Source of the DNA: Fimbriosthenelais zetlandica
Taxonomy: Eukaryota
NCBI GenBank assembly: GCA_977030845.1
Contig: OZ365112.1
Location: 7,068,001 to 7,132,000, forward strand
Length of the DNA: 64,000 nt
Direction of reading: 5' to 3'
Shown here piece after piece: positions 54,053-64,000 of this stretch; within the stretch, counting starts at the first letter, position 1; the number at the start of each line of letters is the position of its first letter. The position numbers and the translations under genes were made by a program. The notes beneath the pieces are model-generated. The model was not told the DNA's origin, searched no databases, and saw nothing but the letters and a program-made list of their open reading frames with translations.

Positions 54053-57000
54053 TCCCTTCTTCAGGCAGTCCCAGTCACTTTCTTGCCTCTTCGTGATATG
54101 AACTTGCACTACAGGGGTTTTGATAGGCAGTATTATTGAGGATTTCAGGAAGGTTAATTGATTTCTTGGGTCCTCAAACCTTTAACCAAAGAAAACGCGA
54201 GGGAAAATTACACTGAGAAACACGGAAAAGAGTAGGAAGCACGCACATGGTGCCAGCTTCCCGGACATGGGGATGGATCCTGTAGACACAGGATATCACT
54301 GTTATCCCATGTATACACATGGGCTAACTCCAATGAATGCCTGGAATAGCTGACTCTTACACGGACACAGAAGGCAATCATCCATCACCAAGCATCGCTC
54401 CTCTCACCAGCAGTCTTGCTCTAGCCTGTTTAAGCTTCAGAATGCGCTCCCCGTGCATCACAGGTGTGAAGCATGATTTGTCATGCATCTCATCTGAATG
54501 TGATGCATTACGACGCCCCGAGCTGATCTGAGATAAGTGGCTCTTAATTGATGCGATTTAATCTTCGATATCAATAATCTCACTAAGTAATACTCCTCAT
54601 TCCAACTTGTAGGCATATACAGGCCTGGAGATAATCTCGTATATTTAATCTGTAAGCAATGGAGAAACTAAGTGATTTCCCAGCCACTAAGCATTTTCCA
54701 ATCACAATCAGCTTAGGGAAAAACTGATTTTAATCGAAAACAGTTTTTATCGACACATTGCTAGTAAAAGGCAAAAGCTAGAGACTGGGAAATATTGCTG
54801 ATCGGGTATGGACTTTTTCCCGCCTCCCAGTTGGGAGCTGCTCAAGTTCCCAGCCTGAGGGAGCGTGAAGATTGAGAGAAGAGCCGGTCTCCGTTTCAAC
54901 AAGAAGTTTCAGGCCAGTAACTCGGCGTTTCTTATAGCCGGAAGGCAGTCTGCAAAAGGATACCGCCGGAAATCCAGATCAAAGCTCCATGAAAAAGGGC
55001 TGTACACGTGGCAGGTCTGCCAGGTGCAGGGAGAAGTTTGTGTCAAGTGTTCAGGAGTGTCAGAGGAGGTCTTAGAGTGGGGAGAAACTAAATAAACATT
55101 CCCATCAATGAACTTATAACTAACATCTGTGCCAATATACAGGATGTGTATTTTAGTATTTATATGTTAAGAATCTCTGTAGAAAATGTCAGCTTTCATT
55201 TTCCACTCCGATGGCAAGGATTGAGATGGAGGATTAACTCCTGGCAGCATGAGACCGCAGTGAGGACTGAGTCTGTCTGGGGAATACTCGGCACCAGCCA
55301 TCAGATCCAAGACTTGTTTTGTCAATTAGCCGAGTGATTGCCTAGGATCCACCCACTAACAATGTAACCAATAGGTCTGCTTTGGTCGTTAATCACTCTA
55401 AATTATCCTTCAGGTTATCTGTAGGATTAACATGTGTGCACAAAGTATTTTATACTAAAATTCGCATCAAAAATAAGGAATGTATAATCATTTTTTCTTT
55501 CAAATATTTGACAAGCAATATCAATACTACAGTCCACTATTTCACAAATAGTTTCATGTACTATATCAATGATACATGTTTTAAGGATATAATTGATAAA
55601 GTATATCAATCCCTTAAAACATATTAATTAAAGTAACCGTGTCCCATGAACAGTTTTATTACAGACGCTTTCAAGTAAGTTGAAATGTTCATTCCACAGC
55701 TATGTCGATTGGGGACAGGCTGCAGTTATTTATCGGTTTATTTAAGATAACACATGCAACTTTCCCAACTTCCCAACTTTTCATAAATGAGATGCTGAGA
55801 TTGTATATGCTGTTAGAATTGTCTGATGTATGTCATGATCCAATAACCCCAATTATGTGCTTTTATTTGGTTAAGTTTTAGCCTATTTCATACACAAAAT
55901 GAGCTCAACCTTGACCTGCAGCAAGGACATTTTGATGGAAGGGATGCCTACATGCCACCAATGTGTTCACTTTTTTGAGGAAGGGATCTCGTGCAGCTGT
56001 AACTGAGCAAGCCTCCACTAATGTTGTTCCCATAATTTTTTTGTGATGATGCACTTATCAACATTCAGGTTTACAACTGTAATGGACAGTGAGGGTTTTC
56101 CCAACTTCCTGAAAATACACTGTATATCTGTGTGCACAAGCTATATATTAAAGGTTTGACTTCCGCCTAAGAAATACAATCATGTACATATAAACAATGT
56201 TCATATTACTAATAAAGGCAATATAACTCATCCATCACTTACTTCATGAGCTGCATAATGACGTGTATTAATAGCAGAATATGATCTGTTTTCCCTTCCT
56301 CAGGTCACCCATGATATGATATGCCGTGGATATTATCTTTGGATTCCAGAGCTCACTATGAGTCCAGCAACAACACAACAATGTCTTTAATTAGGGACTT
56401 GAAGCCCGCAGCAATGCAGTGAGTGAATAGACAGAGAAGAACTGGCAAAATATTTAAAGGTCACATGCAGTTGTCCTCCATATCTGTCATTACTTTGTTT
56501 TAACAGTCCCGTGTATTGCACAATGGTTATTTCTAAATGTCTTCTATTGGGTACTGTTTCAAGTTTTGAGGTGTCATCACGATGTATGACTGTTTTTAAT
56601 CTAGAATTAATGGCGCCAAATCAATAGTTCCATAAAAAATACTAAACTTTAGATGTTTAGGCTATACATTATGTCAATAATTTCAGGACCATTTTGTCCA
56701 CATCATCACCATCAGAGGGTTCTGAGAGGGCATGATTTCATTGTCTACTACAGGATAAATCTTAATGGAAATAAAAATCTCCTAAAACATTTTTTTAAAT
56801 TAAGTGTGTAAACTGGTAATTGATTCAGCACATGTTTATGCAAACGTCCCATGCGCTATGACAATCACTTCAAAGTCTGAGAGATGAAACATTTCAGAGA
56901 AATATCTTCTATTCAAAAATACAAAAGGGAAAACACCTTGTTCAAGCCTGGATTTTATAAATCGTCTCCCAAGTAGGGAGGAGTATTTAGTTAGCGGTAA

Positions 57001-57334
57001 AGGTCATCCTATTTCCACAGGAACCTGTTCATTGAGGGCCTCTAATTGCATATGCTCATGTCACACTCGTTCTTAAAAGCTTATACCTCCAACTCCTACA
57101 ATGACTATCTCTTATCCCATCGCCCTCCAGAAACTTCATGTTCAAGTATTTTTATTTCATCCGATTAATGATACTGAATGCCACAGAGGGTTTCTTTTTT
57201 TTTCAAAAGCTCAACTCATATTTTCAATCTTCTGTCAACACTTTGAAAGCGTGCAGCCTCATCAGGTTATATAAGATCACAATGGAGATATCCGCCAGTA
57301 AGGACCCCTCCTACATGATGGACGATTAATCAAA

Positions 57335-57630
57335 TGTTTGTACAAATTAAAGGCGTTAATTCAATGTCATGCCCCCGGACAGCTATTGCGTGATCTGCCC
57401 TTAACTGGTCGCTTCACACGCAGCTTCATCCAGCTCTCAGCAAGGGCCTGGAACCTCCACTATGAAGCGTTTAGTGAAGCATCAAGACAGATCTCCCAGT
57501 TACTGACTCGAAAGCCACTTTGAGTCACTTCACTTTTTACATGGACTGTACATTCATTGCCTTATACAAGGTTCAACTGCACTATAAGCAGCAATGAAGT
57601 CGCAGACTTATATGTAAAATTTTATATCAA
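57335..57630 (+). mobile_element. 3' remnant of a CR1-group non-LTR retrotransposon (ORF2 C-terminus and probable 3' UTR)
   Basis: ORF 57338-57523 reads LYKLKALIQCHAPGQLLRDLPLTGRFTRSFIQLSARAWNL. This resembles the YK..P..L and T.RF.RSF.....WN motifs at the C-terminus of CR1-type ORF2. No RT core (YADD) is nearby, consistent with a 5'-truncated, internally deleted copy. Confidence 0.5.
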
Positions 57631-57924
57631 ATCCCGAGACAGAAAGAACAGACATATGCCACACAGAATGTCCTTGCTCAAAAATTCTGCTCTTGCATCT
57701 TGCCGGATTCACAAATTTGGCAATTTTCTTTATGCTATTAGGACCCCAGAACTAACCAACATTGCATCTACATTAACTATATGGTTACATTCTTATACAA
57801 CTCATGATTTTTTCATGAGAAAGCCCTGCTGAATGTGCATGACAGAGCAAACTCTCCCAGACCTAACCCAAGCTGCGCGGATCCCAGCTGCCTCAGCAAA
57901 GATGCATTGCCAGGAAGATACAAG

Positions 57925-57942
57925 TGTAGATCTAGATCTACA
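57925..57942. repeat. Perfect 18-bp palindrome (AGATCT-type)
   Basis: TGTAGATCTAGATCTACA equals its own reverse complement. Confidence 0.95.
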
Positions 57943-60900
57943 TGGGATTATGGGACAAGCACAATAGCTAGCAGATCAACTTTGAGTGATTGAATTGGAC
58001 ACAGGGGAATGTACCAGTAATAAAAACACATTTACCCCACAGTTAGAATCACACAATATCCTCAAAGTTCTGTCTTAGCCCTCTTGGGACAATCTCACTA
58101 TATTTCTGACCCAATTAAACCGTACTGTTTAGCAAATAAGATTCTGGCTATTCTAACTCAAAATTATTATGGTAAACCGACTTAAAGTTACCTCAAATAG
58201 GGTTTACATGCATTTCTTTTGGCTGAGAAGGTTGCTTTTCGTCATTTTCTCTGCAGCTTAATTGCTCATGGACCACCTCATCATGCTATGGCGTACTAGC
58301 ACGATATTGGAAGCAAGTCAAATTAAGTCCGAATAGTTTGCCAAAAGTCATTGTACCGCCATGACTATTTGGAAGAGAAGTTTCAAAACTTGTTGAGAAA
58401 CATTTTTTGTTATGTCTGGTTACCTGGAAGAATATAGAGGCAATTTCTGGCTGTACTTTCAGGATATAGTGGGACTGAAGGCACAGCTGGCCACCCATTC
58501 CCCTCATCTACTCTGACCAGAGTATGCTATATACTTGTTGAATTATTCATGAGAGGGTCTCAATCTCAGTTGATACACAAAGCGGGTCCTTAGCCAAGAC
58601 ATGTCAATGTCAGTCAGGTGTTGCCTTTTTTTATTTTATTTTATTTCTTTGCTAAAGGGGAGCACTACTCAATTAGTTGAATAATTTAGGCTTCTCACCG
58701 CAATGCGCAATTTTCTTTTGCACAGGGACAGGGATTTCTTTGATTATAAAAAGGCTCTACTAGTCATTATCAAGTGACATTGATTCAGCTTTGATTTTGT
58801 CAGGTATCCGCCAATTGCAGTGACAACGAAGAAAATAAGCAATTACGTCTCATTTTATGTAATTTGTTGGGTAAACAATGGTAAGTCAACGACAAATCAT
58901 CTTGATGCACCAGAGCCTCTAACTCTGTCTATAGGTCCGTTTCATAAAAAGTAGCTCTTCCACCTGCAAGCACGTCTGAGGCTAAGATGTAGGACATTTG
59001 CCTTTTGAGACAGGCCCTAGATGTTTTGTATTGGGAATGAAGAATGACAGGAGGGGAGTGCTCGGTCACGTTTCTTGGCTGCCATGAACCTCGCCATATA
59101 TAACTAATCATGGAGAATCCTTTAAGAAAGTGATTGACTTACTTTATCAGATATATATGCTCTGTGATGGGATGCTCGCTTTTCTGCTTATCATACGGCG
59201 TATGATCTTTTTCAATATTCTTTCATATATACCTGATGTAATTTCGTCCTCCGATATTAGCTTGTAAAGTTTTTAAATCTAATAATTATGGCAGATATTG
59301 CTCTTGATATGGTTAGCCTATACCTCAATCTCAGCATTTCAAATACTGTATTTGAAATCCAGGGGTGTAATCAAGGGCAAAAGATGGTTAAAATATTGAA
59401 CCTCAAACACAAATGTACTCAGTTAGCAAATCTTTCCCGTTCAGTCCTACCATTAAACTCCCTTTTTATGCCTTTTCAAATGGGAGTTGATTTAAAGGAA
59501 GGCAACCATTTGCTGCAAGTACAACCTGACACTTAAAGGCCTTCAGATAACGCTGAAGCCTGCTATTTTTCTTTACCCTTTAAGCATCACGTGACACGAC
59601 TGCTTTACAAACTTACTTGCAAGTCACATGAGGTTGATCCGGTGAAAGGAGACGGCAGAACTCCTATCGTTTCCTCGTGTCGCCGCTTTCTACGGAATGC
59701 CCCACCATTTCTAACTGAAATTAAAGAGGACATGTTTCCTGTTAGATCAGCGCATTTCTCAGTAAAGTGAGCAAATTCCACTTGAATGTTTACCAGTAAA
59801 ATTCGGGGGAAATATCTTAGCCTTAAAAGAATCCCTTGGTGAAAATATTTTGAATATAAATTGGCAGATATATTCCAATCATCATCAGTGAACAAATGCT
59901 GGAAATCAACTGAACCAGATGGTTAACCAACTTCCCCATTTCGAATCATTTCTTCCCCTTTCATTCCCTTTCTTTCTTATTTGTATGCTTGTGCCTCGGT
60001 TGATGTGTATTCAATGTATTTCAGTATTCTGCATACCCAGCAGGGCAGAACCACTGCTGACAAGACTGTCTTGTGATAGTTATGGACCCTGATCATGCAG
60101 AACGCCTTTAGGAAGTGCATTCTAATCAGCTGAGATATATGTATGTTTAACCCTACTGTATGATCATCGTTCCAGTGAGTAAACACCTTACACACTGACA
60201 GCACGCGCTCAGAGGAAGAAAAAACATGGACATTTGACGCAGGGGGGACTTTCTCATCAGTGATGGTCTTCCGTGAAAGCATCTGGATATAACCACGAGG
60301 AGCAGATTTCGAGATATAAGGACCTCGCAACATGCTATTCCCTCTATTTAACTGACTATTCCCACTATTAAATTCCCTAAGTGGCACAGGAAGGCTCTGT
60401 TAGGTAACAACATTATGATAACCTCTTAGATCCCTTCTACTAAGTCTCCTTTTACTCCTTTCCACTTTGAAATGGGATCATTTGGGTCATTACAGGCCAG
60501 CGATATGAAGCTTGTAGCGAATCGTTCACGACTTTGTCGACGATCCAATTTCTCACATGAGATTTGAAATTCTCTTTGATAATCAGTGATGTGAATAGAG
60601 AAGGAAGCCCCTCCTTACCTGCTACCCCTGCTTACCAACTGCTTCCACACCAATGCCACTACAACAAAGTATATCACACTAGAAAGTCATGAGCTAAAAT
60701 CATCAATGAGCCAAACCTAACGGCCTATTAGGTTTTTGGGCTTCCAAAAGGCACCTCTTTCAAAAGTCTGAGTTTGTCCAACTCCCAAATTTTATTCATT
60801 GCTTCAGGTAATATTCAGGATGTTTTAGGTGCTCAACCAAGACAATACGGTAGGTATTGATTCATGGCCCGCTTGTCAGCTAGCTCTTAGCGCTTAGAAG

Positions 60901-62756
60901 CTCTCCCAGCCAAGCCTTTGATGCCTTGTGTGATTATCGCAGTGAAGCCCGATGCTTCCAAGTTACCCATGTTTGATACTCTAGAAAATGTTGTCTCTAT
61001 TAGGGTCTTTCATGCCCCGACAAATTAGTACTTCTATTATGTATTATTAAATGAACTCTATTTCATATTTACATAATATTCATATCGGGTCTTGCATGCA
61101 AGTATCAAAGGTAGGCCTACAAGTAGGTTGGGAAATACTTGCATTTGGGCCAGAAAAAGATTAGCCTATATGCAGATCTCATTTAATTCATTCACGTTAA
61201 CTGAGGTATTTTTACTTCTCTAAGTGAACATTGAAAGGTCTGCATGTTTTAGATTTGAAAGTGTTCATTTCGTATTTGTTTCTACAGCACATTAGTCATT
61301 ACCTTGACTTGAATGCACTCCTAATTCCCTGGAGGGGAGTCAATGCGACCTCATAGTAAATATTTTTTAAGCGGACTACATGTTTCCTTTCTTTTTAACA
61401 CATTGCTGCCGCCCATGTGGATTATAAGACCTTTGTTTAGCCATTATTCGGCAGATCCCATCCTAAGTGATTTTCATAGTCACTTCACACAATGTATACA
61501 TATGGATGAGGAATAAAGTACCTGTCTTGTAAGGAGAAATTATAATCATTAATCCCATGATAGGCCTATAGGCTGCTACTTTACAGCCACAGCTTGAACA
61601 CATAGAACCTTCCGTGGACATTATTCAAGTGATCCACGCAGGATTTTCAATTTGTGAAAAACATCCTGGATTTATTTGTAAAACTTAGTTACTATTTAAG
61701 AGTAAGTTTATTGAATATTTGCATTGAACGAAGGAATTGAGGGAATTCACAGCAGGAGGAATATCATTGAGCTAACCAGGAGAGGGCACTGAGGGAGAAC
61801 TTGATTGATAGACATAATAGCCAGAGGCGTGGTAAATCGAAAGGAAATTCATGAGTGCTCATGTGATACAAGCCTGATTGAATGTGATAAAGAGAGCATA
61901 ACTGGGAGGCGTGGACAAAGGCGAAGAAGAAGTATGAGCTAGTGATAGGATGGTGACAGCTACAGACGGTGAGGAATGGGTGTCAGAACCAGAAAATAGA
62001 GACTGTGAAATAAGTCTGAGATTCACATTTACCATTATAAGTAGGCCTAGATGTATTATAAATGATGAATCAGCTGAATTCCCTGCATGAGGGGGCGGGC
62101 CTAAAATAAGAGACGCAGAAAATGTCTCAGAAATTTAATGCTTCAATGAATTAAGCTTTAAGTTATTTATGGGGAAGCCAAAGAAATGTTTTCTGGTGTA
62201 TTTTCTTTTTTCTTTGCAGTCTCTATATCCATTATGCCCAATTATCTTAAAATCAGGAATCACCGACGAGTACAGATAATATGAATTATGATTATTAGCC
62301 AGTAAATATCCTGCAAGGGACGGCCTTGAGACGGTCCTTAATTTCCTCCCATCCGTTCCCATCAAAGCCTACATTTATAGAAGGCAGGAAAGCAGGCATA
62401 GGGCGTCATGCTGAAGTGGCATTTGTCAGATATAGAGATCATGGGTGAGATGTTGAGGGTTGAAATCAAAGGGCAGTACAGCAGCCGAGATGTCCATGAT
62501 CATTTATGTGTATCCTGCATGGTTGGAGCATCAATGAAGACTTCAGTCATATTTCATCAGGCTGGATTTCAATCTGATGTAGGCACACGACATGGGGTCA
62601 ATATCTATAAAATAGGGGTACATGGGGACTAGGCTTCGATGTTAAAGACATCATAAAATATAACATTTTATCTCTACTACCAAATTAGCGGGTGGCACTG
62701 CTAGAACCATGAGAGGCATAGAAAAGACTTCTGAGATAGGATATTCCATATAATAT

Positions 62757-62820
62757 AGAATGACATTTTACTATCTCAACAAATTTAGAGATAGAATTTC
62801 CACTTAAATGTTGTCATTCT
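62757..62820. repeat. Nested inverted repeat (hairpin)
   Basis: Outer stem AGAATGACA/TGTCATTCT (9 bp) and inner stem CTATCTC/GAGATAG (7 bp). Confidence 0.55.
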
Positions 62821-64000
62821 TACTAATCGCTTCTGATATTCTACATTGCCTAAGTACGTAGAGAGATAGCTGCAGATTTTCTCTTTACAGGATCGAGGAT
62901 CGTCTGAGCAGGACAATTCAATTTATCTAGAGTAGAGAACCTGATAGCTGGTGATCCTACCTTCTTGTCCTCAATCTTATAAGCGACTTTGCATGAAAAA
63001 CACTTATTTTACACATGACATAAGGCTGGTGCACACCTGCAGCCCGTTTCAAAACAGCTCTGAGTCGTGTTTAATAATCTTATGAGATATTTTTCCGCTG
63101 GAATTTTGTCCCCTGGAATTATTATTAGTAGCGGAAAACAATATAATTATGTTTCTATGCACAAACATAATACGGATGTATTATTGCGCACGATGAGTAG
63201 CTGCCATAAGGTATTTAATCTACTTGCATTAGAGAGAAGGCATTTTTACACATTTGTTCTAAGCTATTGTGAGACAGGAAAATCAAGAGCAGAATATGTT
63301 GGAGAACTTCGAATTATAGATGAGGTTATTGTAAAATGACTTAATGAGTTCCTCGGGCCACAATGTGCCATTTTATATATGTATTATTGCCTCTACTTTT
63401 CACATGTATAGTAAGCTATGTTAACTCTGAGTCGTTAAATCGTCCTTGCTGTGTTTTAATAGTTAATATCTCCCTGCCAGGGATGGCCCCAAGCCAGTCG
63501 TGGACCACGACCAATACATCATAACACTTGAGGGGTTTTATGTTTGTCCCTAATAGATAAATTATCCCCAGCGGTATTAGAAGATGAGGAAAAGAAAGGT
63601 TCATTGCGGAGCTTGATTATGAAAGTAAATTGGAACTGTAATGAGGTAGGCAAAGGAATAGATTGGAACAGATGTCTGTACACTACCTGCCTCTTACTTC
63701 ATAAGTATTAACAGCGGGATTGATTCACATATTTCGCTTGAGCATCTCATCTATTTCAATTGAACATTTGGAGAGACTATAAAAACATAGCTAAGCAAGG
63801 CTGACTAGGATGTGAATGTCACATCTGTAGGGAGAAATGCTCTAATTAAATTTTACTTTGAGCTTTTCTCCCAAAAGATGTAGTTCGGGACCTTCAAATA
63901 TTGCCTTCTAAATTAGTGTCCATTTCTATATACTACTCACTAGCTTATAGAAAGATCAGCTTTCCTTCCTGCAGACTGAAATGAAGCCTTCATAACATAT

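Noticed and set aside
54781-54857. Short inverted pair AGACTGGGAA / TTCCCAGCCT as a mini transposon
   Set aside because: Only about 9 matching bases, a single copy and no target duplication.
1-64000. Prokaryotic systems (operons, CRISPR arrays, defence islands)
   Set aside because: Coding density is very low, spliceosomal intron signals and animal-type repeats are present, and there is no regularly spaced repeat-spacer array.

Overview
This is eukaryotic (animal) genomic DNA, AT-rich and mostly non-coding; I see no prokaryotic genes, operons or CRISPR arrays. Only one protein-coding exon is well supported. It is a 979-nt minus-strand exon (7325-6347, CDS 7255-6347) encoding the N-terminus through TM5 and intracellular loop 3 of a class A neuropeptide GPCR. 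The receptor best matches the luqin/RYamide family, which points to a non-chordate bilaterian. The TM6-TM7 exon(s) are not in the window, so they should lie to the left of position 1. The acceptor at 7325 implies at least one untranslated upstream exon. The ~56 kb upstream of this exon holds MITEs (two PIF/Harbinger-like families, one with three copies), a CR1-type LINE 3' remnant, purine/pyrimidine microsatellites, poly-C tracts, small tandem duplications and several motif clusters. Nearly all other ORFs in the six-frame track look like noise. I found no well-supported novel system. The most testable leads are a possible 5-TM truncated receptor isoform, candidate untranslated exons and promoters, and a CRE cluster; all are hypotheses.
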